Shown here piece after piece: positions 43,346 through 54,138 of a DNA stretch of 64,000 bases. The DNA comes from an uncultured Gemmatimonadales bacterium. Its GTDB lineage: Bacteria; Gemmatimonadota; Gemmatimonadetes; Gemmatimonadales; GWC2-71-9. The first letter of the stretch is position 1, and each line of letters starts with the position of its first letter. The position numbers were made by a program, and so were the translations under genes. Where the stretch lies: assembly GCA_963844035.1 (NCBI GenBank), contig CAWJMT010000035.1, forward strand, positions 9,537 through 73,536, in the 5' to 3' direction. A model generated the notes under the pieces. That model did not search any database. It was not told the origin of the DNA and was given only the letters and a program-made list of their open reading frames with translations.

Positions 43346-45580
43346 GCGGAACGCCGGCCGCCGAAGTCGTCCTTCCGCTTCCGATCTCCCGCCCGTACAC
43401 GTACCGGATCCCTCCCGGTCTCGCCGCGCGTGTCGTGCCGGGGGCGCGCGTGCTCGTCCCGGTCCGGCAACGGCACGCGATCGGCGTCGTCATGTCCGTC
43501 ATCGACGCCGAGGCGGCGCGCGACCTCAAGACGATCCTCGCCGTTCCCGATGCCGACCCGGCGCTGTCTCCGGCGTTGTTGCGGCTGGCGCGCTGGATCG
43601 CCGGGTACTACGGCGCGCCGCTCGGGTTGACGCTCCGCGCCATGCTTCCCGGGACGCTGTGGCAGGCGGAGCGCCCGGAGGGGCCGCGCGACGCCGAGGA
43701 GCGCGTGCTCGTCCTCACCCAGCGCCTCCCCTCGCTGCTCGAGCGGGAGCGCACGTTCCAGCGCGCTCCCAAACGCCGTCTTGCCTATGAGGCGGTAGAA
43801 GCGCTCGGCGGCTCGGCGCCACTGCGGCACCTCACGACGCAGCTCAAGTTCTCCGCCGCCGTGCTCGACGGCCTGGTGCAGCCAACAGCTGGCAAGGGTC
43901 GAGCGGGTGGCGCAGCTCCGCGACCCGTTTGCCGACCTCGCGACACCGCCTCCACCCACCCTCAGCCCCGACCAGCGGCGCGTCGTGGACGACATCGCCG
44001 CGACCCCGCCCGACGTGCCGGTGCTGATCCACGGGGTCACCGGATCGGGGAAGACGCTGGTCTATCTCGAGGTCGTGCGCCGCCTGGTGGAGCAGGGGCG
44101 CGGGGCGATCCTGCTGGTTCCGGAAATTGCGTTGACGCCCCAGACCGTCGCGCGGGTCCGGGGCGTGTTCGGCGATCAGGTGGCCGTGCTGCACTCGGGG
44201 TTGTCCGACGGCGAACGCGTCGATGCCTGGCGCGCGCTGCGCAGCGGCGAGCGACTCGTGGCCGTGGGCCCACGCTCGGCGGTGTTCGCGCCGGTGCAGC
44301 GGCTCGGCGCGATCGTCGTGGACGAGGAGCACGAGGGCAGCTACAAGCAGGGGACCGCGCCCCGCTACCACGCCCGCGACGTCGCCCGGGTACGGGCCCA
44401 GCTCGAGGATGCGCGCCTGGTGCTGGGCAGCGCGACGCCGTCGCTCGAGACGCTGCACCAGGGGGAAGCGGGGGTAGTGCGCGTGTTCGGTCTGCCGCAG
44501 CGGATCGATGCGCGGCCGTTGCCGCCTGTGACCGTGGTGGATTTGCGCACCGCGCCGCGCGTGCCCGAGGCGCGGGGCGTACCCTGGAGCGAAGCCCTGG
44601 ACGCCGCCGTGAGCGAGGCGCTGGCCCAACACGATCAGATCATTCTTCTCCTCAACCGCCGCGGCTTCGCGACCTATCTGCAATGTCCCGCCTGTGGCGA
44701 CGTGCGCGAGTGTCCGCGGTGCGCCATCACCCTCACGGTGCACCAGACGCCGCCCGCGCTGCGCTGCCACTACTGCGGCCACGAGGAGCCGGTGGCGCCG
44801 TCGTGCCGGAAGTGCGGGCACGAGACCCAGCGGATGCGGGGGATCGGCACGCAGCAGCTCGAGCATTTCGTGGCGCTGCGGTTTCCCGAGGCCCGAATCG
44901 CCCGGATGGACCTGGACACGACCAGCACCAAGTGGGCGCACCACCACATTCTCGAGCGGGTGGCGCGTCGCGAGATCGACATCCTGCTCGGCACGCAGAT
45001 GATCGCCAAGGGCCTCGATTTTCCCGGCGTGACCCTGGTGGGCGTGGTCGATGCGGACACGGGTCTGCACCTGCCCGACTTTCGCGCGGCCGAGCGCACG
45101 TTTCAGCTCGTGGCACAGGTCGCGGGTCGCGCGGGGCGGGGCCCGAAGGGCGGGCGGGTGCTGGTGCAGACGCGCGCGCCGGAGCACCACGCGATCCGCG
45201 CGGCGCAGGCGCACTCGGTGCGGGACTTCGCCGCGGCCGAGCTGCCGCTGCGGGCACCGCCGAACCCGGTGTACCCGCCATTCACGGGCCTGGTGCGGTT
45301 CGTCGCCGCCGACGAGGATGCGGACGCCGCCGCCCGGGCCGCGGCGGACGTCGCCGCCTGGGTGCGGCGCGTGGGAGCGGAGCAGCTCGAGGGCGCGCTG
45401 CTCGTGCTGGGGCCCGCGCCCTGCCCGGTCCCGCGGCTCAAGAACCGCTGGCGCTGGCACGTGCTCGTCAAAGCGACGGAGCCGCGCGCCATCGGGCAAG
45501 TCGTGCGCGCATGGGGGCGGGGAAAGGCGGCCGCGGGGGGGGCGCGCCGGCCGGTGGTATCGTGGATCGCGATCCCGTGA
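43342..45580 (+). CDS. priA: Primosomal protein N' (PriA helicase), one frameshift near 43882
   Basis: The ATG overlaps the epimerase stop (ATGA). The N-terminus ..LPLPISRPYTYRIP.. is in the frame of ORF 42670..45591. The rest is in ORF 43907..45580: GVTGSGKT, VDEEHEGSYKQ, the Cys cluster CPACGDVRECPRCAITLTVH..CHYCGHEE..CRKCG, and GTQMIAKGLDFP. Confidence 0.9.
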
Positions 45581-45631
45581 CGCTGCTGTAGCCCGGCGGA
45601 CATTGCGTCAAGGGTTTGGGAACAGATACCT

Positions 45632-46762
45632 TTGGCGTCCGTGACCCTCCCTCGCTTCCGGTATCGTCCCCCCAACTTTCATACGCCGCCGCTCGCGGAC
45701 GCGCCTGAGGCGCGCTTTGAGCTTGCGCCGGCGGATGGGGTGCTTCCGGACGGGTTCTTTTCGACCACCAACCTGCCCACCTACCTGAAGGTCGGCACCT
45801 GGCGCCGTCCGCGCCTGCCGCGCATGGACTGCGTGGTGGTGCGGCAAGCGAACGGCGACCTGGTGGTCACCGAGCCCCGCAAGGTGCCGAAGGGTGGTCT
45901 GGTCGCCGTCGGGGTGGCGGAGGATGGCAGCGAAGGGATCTACGTGCACGCCGAGGGGTTCCTGGGCGGGCGCCACAGCGCCAACGAATTCGGGTTCATG
46001 CAGACCGAGGTGTCGCGCGAGCGGCCGGTGGACTACGCGGTCCTGGCGCAGCTGCTGGGAGAAGAGAAGCAACGCGGTGGCAAGGTGCTGTGGGTGGTTG
46101 GGCCCGCCCTGGTGCACGCCCGGGCCCGCATGGACATGATCTGGTTCATCGAGAACGGCTACGCCAACGTGCTGTTCGGCGGCAATGCGGTCGCCGTGCA
46201 CGACCTCGAGGCCGCGATCTTCGGCACCACGCTGGGAATGTCGAGCTCCGGGGAAGGCGTGGAAGGCGGCCACGCGCTGCACATGCGGGCCATCAACGCC
46301 ATCCGCCGGGCGGGGTCGATCGCCGCGGCGGTGGAGCAGGGGCTTGTGACCGAGGGTATCATGCACGCGCTCGTGACGCACGACGTGCCGTTCGTGCTGG
46401 CGGGCTCGATCCGGGACGATGGCCCCCTGCCGGAAGTGGTGACCGACACGCGGGCCGCGCAGGATGCGATGCGCGCCTACACGACGCAGGTCACATTTGC
46501 GGTGTTCGTGGCGACGGCGCTCCACGCGATCGCCGTCGGCAACATGCTGCCCGCGTTCGTGGACGGTTCCACGGTGGAAGATGTGCGGCCGCTCACCACC
46601 ATCTGTGTGGACCAGACCGAGTTCGTGGTCACCAAATTGAAGGACCGGGGAACGCACCAGGCCTTCGGGGTCGTTACCAACGCGCAGGATTTCATGCACG
46701 TGCTGCGGTTCTACGTGGAGCGATGGGAGCAAGCCCAGACTCCGGCGTCGGCCGTCCGCTGA
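45632..46762 (+). CDS. Conserved hypothetical protein (possibly TIGR00300 / LOR-SDH-like family)
   Basis: 376-aa ORF with good coding character. GGNAVAVHDLEAAIFGTTLG and GSIRDDGPLPEVVTD recall the deoxyhypusine-synthase-like fold family. The function is not established by me. Confidence 0.75.
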   Translation: MASVTLPRFRYRPPNFHTPPLADAPEARFELAPADGVLPDGFFSTTNLPTYLKVGTWRRPRLPRMDCVVVRQANGDLVVTEPRKVPKGGLVAVGVAEDGSEGIYVHAEGFLGGRHSANEFGFMQTEVSRERPVDYAVLAQLLGEEKQRGGKVLWVVGPALVHARARMDMIWFIENGYANVLFGGNAVAVHDLEAAIFGTTLGMSSSGEGVEGGHALHMRAINAIRRAGSIAAAVEQGLVTEGIMHALVTHDVPFVLAGSIRDDGPLPEVVTDTRAAQDAMRAYTTQVTFAVFVATALHAIAVGNMLPAFVDGSTVEDVRPLTTICVDQTEFVVTKLKDRGTHQAFGVVTNAQDFMHVLRFYVERWEQAQTPASAVR

Positions 46763-46803
46763 GCGTCGGCGCGGGTCCCGGCTGGGCGCAGCTGGCGACT
46801 GCC

Positions 46804-47115
46804 GTGGCGGCGCAGGTGCCTCCCGCGGAGATCGAGACGATCTATCTCTTCCGGCCGCTCAAGCGGGAGGGGCGCGAGTGGGGCACCGCCGTCGTGACGC
46901 GTCGCGCGGAGGAGGGAAGCCGGTTGCGCGTGTACACGGCGCGGTACATGCTCATCCTCCGGGGCAAGGAGCGCGGGCGCTGGAAGGGGGACGTCGAAGA
47001 GGTGGCGCTGTCGCCGGCGGAAGTGCTGGCGCAGGTGATGCAGGCAGCGGTGGATCGCTCGGGCGATCCGGAGCCGCCGGTCATCGTCGAGAGGTCGGCC
47101 TGGTATGAAGTATGA
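46804..47115 (+). CDS. Small hypothetical protein
   Basis: Coding-looking tail of ORF 46090..47115 (..IETIYLFRPLKREGREWGTAVVTRRAEEGSRLRVYTARYMLILRG..). The GTG 46804 start is a guess. Confidence 0.45.
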   Translation: MAAQVPPAEIETIYLFRPLKREGREWGTAVVTRRAEEGSRLRVYTARYMLILRGKERGRWKGDVEEVALSPAEVLAQVMQAAVDRSGDPEPPVIVERSAWYEV

Positions 47116-47576
47116 AGGTTGACGGCAGCAAGCTGCTGGGAGAATTCCGGCAGTATTTGAGCGATCACAACCTGCCCGCGACCAACCAGCGTCTGGCGGT
47201 CGCGGAGGCGGTGTTCTTTGCAACCGACCATCTGTCGGTGGACGACGTCGCGCGTCAGGCGGCGAAGCGCGGCGCCCCGGTCGGAACGGCGACGGTGTAC
47301 CGTTCGCTCGACCTGCTGGTGCGCAGCGGGCTGGTCAAGGAGCACGACTTTGGCGAGGGCTTCAAGCGCTACGAGGCGATGCTCCCGGGTCAGGCGCACG
47401 AGCATTGCATCTGTACGTCGTGCGGCAGCGTGTTGGAGTTCTCCAACGATCGCCTGGAACGGATGATCGCGCTGCTCGCGGAGGAGGTGGACTTCCGTCC
47501 CCACCACCACCGTCTGGATGTGTACGGTCTGTGCCGGAGCTGTCAGCAGGCAAACCCCCTAGCGCGGGCGAGGTAA
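47112..47576 (+). CDS. fur: Fur-family transcriptional regulator
   Basis: ..[20 protein letters not shown]....[13 protein letters not shown], plus [15 protein letters not shown] and GLCRSC metal sites. Confidence 0.9.
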   Translation: MKVDGSKLLGEFRQYLSDHNLPATNQRLAVAEAVFFATDHLSVDDVARQAAKRGAPVGTATVYRSLDLLVRSGLVKEHDFGEGFKRYEAMLPGQAHEHCICTSCGSVLEFSNDRLERMIALLAEEVDFRPHHHRLDVYGLCRSCQQANPLARAR

Positions 47577-47596
47577 CGAGCTTGATCGACTCACGC

Positions 47597-48142
47597 ATGT
47601 TCGTTCCGACCAAGGCATTCCTCACCAAGGGCGTCGGCCGGCATAAGGAAAAACTCACGAGCTTCGAGATGGCCCTGCGGGACGCCCATCTTGCCAACTT
47701 CAACCTCGTCCGCGTGAGCTCCATCTTTCCGCCCGAGTGCGAATTGGTGGACCGGGAGGAGGGGCTCACCCTGATGCGGCCCGGCCAGGTGGTGTTCGCG
47801 GTGATCGCGGAGTCGTCGACCAACGAGCCGAGTCGCCTCGTCGCGGCGTCGATCGGCGTGGCGATGCCCGCCGACCAGACCCATCACGGCTACATCTCCG
47901 AGCACCACACCTATGGACAGAACGAAATCGTGGCGGGGGAATACGCCGAGGATCTCGCCGCGTCCATGCTGGCGACCGTGCTCGGCGTCCCGTTCGACCC
48001 GGAGCAGGCCTGGGATCAGCGGCGTGAGCAGTGGATGGTCTCCGGCGAGATCGTCCGCACCATGAACGTCACGTCCACCGCCGAGTGCGGTCCGGATGGC
48101 CGCTGGACCACGGTCGTGTCCGCGGTCTGCTTCTGCGGGTGA
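47597..48142 (+). CDS. Pyruvoyl-dependent arginine decarboxylase
   Basis: [46 protein letters not shown], including the SS self-cleavage site region. Confidence 0.9.
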   Translation: MFVPTKAFLTKGVGRHKEKLTSFEMALRDAHLANFNLVRVSSIFPPECELVDREEGLTLMRPGQVVFAVIAESSTNEPSRLVAASIGVAMPADQTHHGYISEHHTYGQNEIVAGEYAEDLAASMLATVLGVPFDPEQAWDQRREQWMVSGEIVRTMNVTSTAECGPDGRWTTVVSAVCFCG

Positions 48143-48153
48143 CGTAACCTCCC

Positions 48154-48905
48154 ATGCTTGTCCTGCAGGCGGCGCTCGACGCGGGGCGCAATGTCTCGTT
48201 CGTCGTGGCGTTTACGGCTGGACTGCTGAGCTTTCTGTCGCCCTGCGTCCTGCCGCTCATCCCGAGCTACGTCGGCTTTCTCACCGGCATGTCCGTCGAA
48301 GAGCTGCAGACGAAGCGCGGCACCGCGCTGCTCCACGCCCTGTGGTTCGTGGCCGGGTTCTCCATCGTCTTCATGGCGCTCGGCGCGACCGCGTCGGTGT
48401 TGGGCGGGTTCATGCTCCGCTACCACGTGTGGATCGGGCGCATCGGCGGCGTGCTGGTGCTGCTCGTTCGGGTTGTATCTGCTGGGCGTGTTGCGTCCGG
48501 CGTTCCTGATGCAGGAGCGGCGCATCCAGCTGGCGCGGAAACCCCTGGGATATGCCGGCTCAGCGCTCGTGGGCGTGGCGTTCGGCGCCGCCTGGACGCC
48601 CTGCATCGGCCCGATTCTCGGCGCGATCCTGACGCTGGCGGCGGAGGCGGCCAGCGTGGCGCAGGGGACGGCCCTGCTCGGCGTCTACGCCCTCGGGCTC
48701 GCCGTCCCGTTCGTGCTGACCGCAGTGGCGCTGGATCGGTTTCTGGTGTGGTTCCAGAGGTTCCGTCCGTACATCGTGTGGGTGGAACGAATCGCCGGCG
48801 TGATGTTAGATACTTCTGGGTGTGCTCCTGATCACCGACCGCTTCAGCTTGCTCGCGGGATACTTGCAAGGACTGACCCCCGAATTTCTGAAGCGGCGGT
48901 TGTAG
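48154..48905 (+). CDS. ccdA: Cytochrome c biogenesis protein CcdA, two frameshifts (~48468 and ~48810)
   Basis: LLSFLSPCVLPLIPSYVGFL is in ORF 48154..48831. The middle part (LYLLGVLRPAF..GAAWTPCIGPILGAIL) is in ORF 48473..48940. The tail LLGVLLITDRFSLLAGYLQGL..KRRL is in a third frame ending at 48905. Confidence 0.85.
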
Positions 48906-48971
48906 AAACGAGCACGGCGGGTACCACATTCCTATATTAGGTGGTACGTACCACCCCAGAGGAGAAAGACG

Positions 48972-49742
48972 ATGACCGGTAATCAGTGGATACGACTGAG
49001 CGCCGCGTTGAGCCTGGCGGCGGTGCTCGGCTGTGCCAAGGGCGAGCAGAGTCAGACTCGCCGACAGCACGGCCCGCAACCTGACGCTCGCGCCGACCGA
49101 ATCGACCGCGGCGATGAAGGACGTTCCGGCGCCCGAAGAGCAGCCCGCCGCCCCCGCGCCCAAGCCGGCGCCCAAACCCAAGCCGAAGCCCCGCCACCCG
49201 CCCCCACGAGCTACACGCTCCGGGCCGGTACCGGGGTTGCCATGAGCATCGACGACTCCATCACGACGCGCCACGCCAAGGCGGGTGACACCTTCAAAGC
49301 GACCGTCAGCGAGGACATCCGGGATGCCTCGGGGCACGTAGTGATTCCGATGGGCTCGGTGGTGACGGGAACGGTCGTCAGCGCGGTGCCCGCGCCCAAT
49401 CCGCGCGCGACCGGTCACCTCGACCTGGCGGTGAGCACCGTGGCAGTGCGCGGCGTGGTCTATACCGTCGAAGGCACGGTGGATTCCAAGGACAGCGTGA
49501 TGCAAGGACGTGGTGTCACGACGGCGGACGCCGGCAAAGTGGCCGCGGGCGCGGCGGTCGGCGCCATCGCGGGCAAGCTGTTCGGTAAGAACACGAAGGG
49601 TGCGGTGATCGGTGGTGCCGCGGGTGCGGCGGCGGGTGGCGTGGTCGCCTCGCGGTCGCGCGACATCGATGTGCTGCTTCCCGCGGGCGCGGGTATTCAC
49701 GTGACGCTGTCGGCGCCGCTGACGGTGAGCGCGCGTCGCTGA
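48972..49742 (+). CDS. Lipoprotein with a C-terminal glycine-zipper region
   Basis: ..LSLAAVLGC lipobox and AAGAAVGAIAGKLFG..GAVIGGAAGAAAGG. Residues ~25-75 look more natural in the frame of ORF 49033..49245 (..APEEQPAAPAPKPAPKPKPKP), suggesting two compensating indels. Confidence 0.6.
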   Translation: MTGNQWIRLSAALSLAAVLGCAKGEQSQTRRQHGPQPDARADRIDRGDEGRSGARRAARRPRAQAGAQTQAEAPPPAPTSYTLRAGTGVAMSIDDSITTRHAKAGDTFKATVSEDIRDASGHVVIPMGSVVTGTVVSAVPAPNPRATGHLDLAVSTVAVRGVVYTVEGTVDSKDSVMQGRGVTTADAGKVAAGAAVGAIAGKLFGKNTKGAVIGGAAGAAAGGVVASRSRDIDVLLPAGAGIHVTLSAPLTVSARR

Positions 49743-49764
49743 GCTAGAGCGTGACCGGGTCGCC

Positions 49765-50091
49765 ATGTTTGGGGCCCGGTCACACCGCAGGCATCTACAA
49801 CCTTCGAGCCATCCCAGCACGCCCGGGCCGATCCCTGTGTTCCACGAGTTGCTGCGATACCTGCTCATTGCTGCCGCGCTGGCCAGTGTGATCTACGGTG
49901 TTGTCAATTTTCCGGGTTCTCACCTGCGCTCTGCGACCTATGTTACGCGTCCGAAGGTGTGGTGGTGGTCACCGTGGCGCTTCTTCAGCGATGACGAATG
50001 GACAGCGGAGGGACTCACCTACCGGCGCCGATTCGTGATGTGGTGCCTGCTGTCGGTTGGGCTCCTCATGGCCGTCATGTGGCTCCTGTAG
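49765..50091 (+). CDS. Small membrane protein, hypothetical
   Basis: Two hydrophobic segments (LLRYLLIAAALASVIYGVV, FVMWCLLSVGLLMAVMWLL). The start is uncertain. Confidence 0.4.
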   Translation: MFGARSHRRHLQPSSHPSTPGPIPVFHELLRYLLIAAALASVIYGVVNFPGSHLRSATYVTRPKVWWWSPWRFFSDDEWTAEGLTYRRRFVMWCLLSVGLLMAVMWLL

Positions 50092-50190
50092 AACCGATGC
50101 CTAAGGAGGTATCTACGGTCAACGAGCCTGCACAGCACCCAACTACTGCGCGCGACTACAGCGCGCTCATCATCCTCGCGGAGAACGAGC

Positions 50191-50937
50191 GTGACGTCTG
50201 ACAAGCGCTGGGCCCGCTTTCTTTTCGTGGTTGTTCTTCCCACACTTTTCCTCGCCCCAGCCGCCGCGGCGCAAATTGAGTTCACTCCCTACGTCGGCGC
50301 TTTCCTGCCGGCGGGGCGGGTCGTGGATGAGACCGAGAACCCGAGCACGATGTGCCTATTCTTCTACTTCAACCACCCCCCTGGTACGTGCTCGAACTTT
50401 GGGTACGTGAAGCAGAATGTTGCGCCGCTGGTAGGAGCGAGAGTCACTGCATGGATCGCCTCTCGCTGGGCTCTCGAGCTTGCGGGCTTCTACACTCGGA
50501 GCGGCACGTCGAGCCCCACCTTCGGCGACCAGTCGGCCACGGTGTACGGCGGTTCCGGGCGCGTTCTCTTTGCCCTCACACCGCGCCACGCGCGGACGTC
50601 TTTGTACGCACTTGCGGGACCGGTTGCCGTATGGCATACGGGCGTGACGTACGACTCGCTCGACTACATCCGGTCGGTCTACGGGATGTCCACGAGGGCG
50701 GCCTATTGGGGCGCGGTGCTAGGCGTAGGGATACGGAGTGGCACCACCGCTCCCGTAGGATGGCGGATTGAATTCGAGGACAATTACTACGGGTTCCCAG
50801 GCCTCCTCACCCCCCACAAACAGCATGATTTCGTTGTGTCCGGGGGACTGAAGTTGGAAGTCGGTCATTCGCGACGCCGGACGCCGTCGCACCAATTCCG
50901 GCAATCCGCCAGGCGGCTGCCGGATACACATCCATGA
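50191..50937 (+). CDS. Outer-membrane beta-barrel-like protein
   Basis: Signal ..FLFVVVLPTLFLAPAAAA/QIEF. The pattern of alternating aromatic/Gly strands suggests a barrel. The last ~25 aa (..HSRRRTPSHQFRQSARRL..) look non-native. Confidence 0.55.
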   Translation: MTSDKRWARFLFVVVLPTLFLAPAAAAQIEFTPYVGAFLPAGRVVDETENPSTMCLFFYFNHPPGTCSNFGYVKQNVAPLVGARVTAWIASRWALELAGFYTRSGTSSPTFGDQSATVYGGSGRVLFALTPRHARTSLYALAGPVAVWHTGVTYDSLDYIRSVYGMSTRAAYWGAVLGVGIRSGTTAPVGWRIEFEDNYYGFPGLLTPHKQHDFVVSGGLKLEVGHSRRRTPSHQFRQSARRLPDTHP

Positions 50938-50954
50938 CATCCAAGGACACGCTC

Positions 50955-51019
50955 CGCGAACAAGCGCGTGAGCTGGCGGCGCGGCCGCCACGAGGTAGAA
51001 TTGCGTTTGTGCGCCCGTC
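50955..51019 (+). repeat. attC left half (141-bp family), outside the main array
   Basis: ..GCGAACAAGCGCGTGA-GCTGGCGGCGCGGCCGCCACGAGGTAGAATTGCGTTTGTGCGCCCGTC matches the family left half. The core is degenerate and the right half is absent. Confidence 0.65.
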
Positions 51020-51070
51020 GGCGCTACTCCGGTTACACTTGTTGCTCGAGACGTTTATCACGGAGCACAC

Positions 51071-51883
51071 ATGCGCTGGATTCCCGGTAGCCGAAGCGAA
51101 AACCTTGAGGACCGCCGCGGCCAACGCTTCGGCGGTTTTGGCCGACTTGGCCTGGGGGGCGCGGTCATCGTCGTGGTTCTCAGCCTCGTGTTTGGGCGTG
51201 ACTTCACCGGAATCTTGACTGATGGTGGGGACGTCGGCTCCCAGTCCGCTCCGGACGGGTCCGCGCCACCAGTCCAGTCCACGCCCCAGGAAGAACGCCT
51301 CGTCGACTTCGTCTCGTTCGTGCTGGACAGCGCGCAGGCCACCTGGGCCCGGATCCTGCCTCAGGAAGGCGTCGGCTATCGCCCCGCGAAGCTGGTGCTG
51401 TTCCGCGATGCGGTGCAATCCGCCTGTGGGTTCGGCCAGGCAGCCAGTGGGCCGTTCTACTGCCCTGGCGACGAAAAGGTGTACATCGACCTCGGCTTCT
51501 TCGAGGAGCTCAAGACCCGCTTCGGTGCGCCTGGCGATTTTGCACAGGCCTACGTTCTCGCCCATGAGCTCGGCCACCACGTCCAGAACCTGCGCGGCAC
51601 CATGGGCGCGGTGCGCGACAACCAACAGTCGGTCCAGATCGAGCTACAGGCTGACTGCCTTGCGGGCGTCTGGGGCTACCACGCGTCACGGCAGAACCTG
51701 CTCGAGCCCGGTGACGTGGACGAGGGCCTGGGTGCCGCAGCGGCGGTCGGCGATGATCGAGTGCAGGGCATGTCGACGGGCCGCGTGAGCCCCGAGAACT
51801 TCACCCACGGGTCGTCCGCCCAACGCATCGCCGCGTTCCGGCGCGGGCTCACGTCCGGCCGCGTGGCTGACTGCGGCCCCTAG
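51071..51883 (+). CDS. YpfJ-like neutral zinc metallopeptidase, copy 2
   Basis: Collinear with 12778..13581. By manual alignment there are about 35 substitutions plus one 9-nt indel. The same HELGHH motif is present. Confidence 0.9.
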   Translation: MRWIPGSRSENLEDRRGQRFGGFGRLGLGGAVIVVVLSLVFGRDFTGILTDGGDVGSQSAPDGSAPPVQSTPQEERLVDFVSFVLDSAQATWARILPQEGVGYRPAKLVLFRDAVQSACGFGQAASGPFYCPGDEKVYIDLGFFEELKTRFGAPGDFAQAYVLAHELGHHVQNLRGTMGAVRDNQQSVQIELQADCLAGVWGYHASRQNLLEPGDVDEGLGAAAAVGDDRVQGMSTGRVSPENFTHGSSAQRIAAFRRGLTSGRVADCGP

Positions 51884-52099
51884 AGTCCGCCGAAGCCCTT
51901 CGGCGCGACGATCGTCGCCCTCGGTGCGCCGGTGGGGGAAGACTCACGCTGGTAGAATGTGAACGATGCTGGCAAGAGAACACGCGCAGCCTTGCAACAC
52001 AGGCCCTCGCGCCCGCTAAATGGACTCGTCACCTCGCACAAGCTCGGCGCATCGTCGCAAACCGGGCCCTCGCGCTGACTAGGCGGACTCCTTACCGTG

Positions 52100-54126
52100 C
52101 TAAGCCGAGGCTGTCGTCCGGGGAACGGAACACCGCTCGAGGATGCCGCGCGCCACGTGATCCGCGATCGCCATGATCGTGATCATGGGATTGACGCCGC
52201 TCGAGGTGGGGAACGCACTGGCATCCGCCACATACAGCCCCCGCACAGTGTGAGACTCGCCGGTCTCCCCGACCACCGAGCGAGCGGGGTCGGCGCCCAT
52301 GGCACAGCTCGCCATCTGATGGAACGTGATGTAGGACATGCGGCACTTGGTGTAGCCACGGTGGTCTAAGGCGTCGCCGAACCGCTCGAGCCAGCTGCGG
52401 CTCGCTCACCCGCGCACGGGCCGGCGGCGTCTGGAGCGAGAACAGCTCGGTGGCCCCGGCGGCGGCGAGCACCTGCGCCGCCCCCACGAGCCCCTGCCGC
52501 ACGTTGGCCACGTCGCGGGGCGACAGCTCGTAGTGCACGCGCGGCCGCCCGTCGCGCCCCACCACGACGCGTCCCGGATCGCGGTCGCGGAGCAGCACCC
52601 CCACGATGCTCACGTTCGCCAGACGGCTCAGGTCCTCGCGGTGACGGACGGCGCTCTCCCATCCGAACCCGCTGGCCGGCAGCGCGAAGTGGACCGGCGC
52701 CGTTTCGAACTTCACCCCGTATCCGTCGCCCAGATCCGCGAATTGGTCGGAGTAGCGGGTCTGCAGGGCGCCGGTCCACGGCTCCACCCGCTGCGGGAAA
52801 ATGCCGGCGATCGCGGTGGCCGGATGCAGCCGCAGGCCGCGGCCGATGGCCGGTCATCGTCCAGGCCGGATCGCTGGAGCAGCGCGGGCGTGTTGATCGA
52901 TCCGCACGCCGCCACGACAACGCCCGCGCGTACCGTGAGCTGATGGCGCGTGCCGCTCGAGCCGGTGACGACGCCCTCGATGCCCGTCGCGCGACCCGCC
53001 TCGACCCGGATGCGGAGCACATCGCAGTTGGGCACGAGCTGGGCGCCGGCACGCGCAGCCGCCGCCAGGTAGGTGCGGGCCGTGGAGTTCTTCGCGCCAT
53101 GGCGGCAGCCGTAGCCGCAGTAGCCGCACTCGACGCCTTCCTTGCAGCCGGTGACGTTGCGCGGAATGACCCCCACGTGCCAGCCGAGGCTGTTGCACCC
53201 GCGCTCGAGTAACTGATCACGGATCCCCGGGGTGGTCCACTGCGTGCCAACGTTCAGGCGGCGCGCCACGTTGTCGAGCGAACGTTGCGAAACGGGGACT
53301 CGTGAACAGCGTGAGACCGGACAGCCGGTCCCATTCTGCGCGGATCTCGGGTGGCAGCGGGAAGCTCGTCGTGTAGTTGATCACGGTGCCGCCGCCGAGG
53401 CAGCTGCCGGCGAGGATCGGCAGCGATCCGTTCTGGGTCAGCATCAACCCGGAATCGAGGTAGTAGCGGGACAGCATGTCGCCTTCGACCTGGGTGAAGT
53501 CGCGCGAGCCCGGGTTGCCGCCCTTCTCGAGCACCACCACGCGCAGACCGGCCTCCGCCAGGAGGCCCGCCACCACGCCGCCGCCGGCTCCGGAGCCCAC
53601 CACTACGACGTCGCAGTCGAGCACGGTATCCCGATCGATCGCGAGGGCCGGCAGTGGCTCGACGGCGGCAGGAGGGTCGGGCAGCGGTCCCGGGTATCCG
53701 GTCGCTTCCCACGCCGGGTGGCGACGACCTACCGGCCAGCAGTAGTGCGCGACGTGCACCAGCCGCTTGAGCGCCTGGAACCCGGCGCGCCGCAGCGTGA
53801 GGCGCGATCGGGAATAGCCCCGCAGCACCGCCTCGCGCTGCACCGCGGGCAGCGCGGTAAATGCGGCGAACGTTCCGGCGAACAACAGATTGACCAGGGG
53901 GTTGTCGAGCATGCGGAGCAGCAGCTTCAGGCGCTTCCGGTCCGCCGGGCTGGGCACGCTCTCGATCAGCCGGGCGGCGCGATCCGACTGTGCCGGCCTG
54001 CCGTGCCCCGAGGGCGAAAAAGCCGCCGGGATCTTCCGGCCGTGGGATGGACGGGACGAGGGTCTCACATACCGCTTCTAAGACTCTCTGCTCTCGGGCG
54101 GACAGCCCCTCGTGCTCGTCCGCCAT
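52100..54126 (-). pseudogene. GMC-family FAD oxidoreductase (long-chain alcohol-oxidase-like), at least 4 frameshifts
   Basis: The sequence is spread over five minus-strand ORFs:
- MADEHEGLSAREQRVLEAVCETLVP (53254..54126);
- DVVVVGSGAGGGVVAGLLAEAG..GGGTVINY (53217..54068);
- ..CGYCGYGC..GSINTPALLQRSGL (52712..53269);
- ..YGVKFETAP.. (52092..52787);
- ..HQMASCAMG..GLYVADASAFPTSSGVNPMITIMA (52100..52339). Confidence 0.8.
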
Positions 54127-54138
54127 GCTCGCTGGCCC

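Noticed and set aside
42670-45591. A 973-aa plus-strand ORF.
   Set aside because: It is a composite. Before 43342 it is an alternative frame of the epimerase gene. Positions 43342 to ~43882 are the genuine PriA N-terminus. After that it is an Arg/Gly/Ala-rich out-of-frame reading of priA.
1-51019. The 141-bp element could be a MITE or REP-type dispersed repeat rather than attC.
   Set aside because: I kept this as the main alternative but consider it less likely. All copies share one orientation, sit immediately 3' of co-oriented ORFs, and carry the exact RYYYAAC/GTTRRRY cores with single-base bulges. No target-site duplications are visible. Only the half copy at 50955 lies outside the array.
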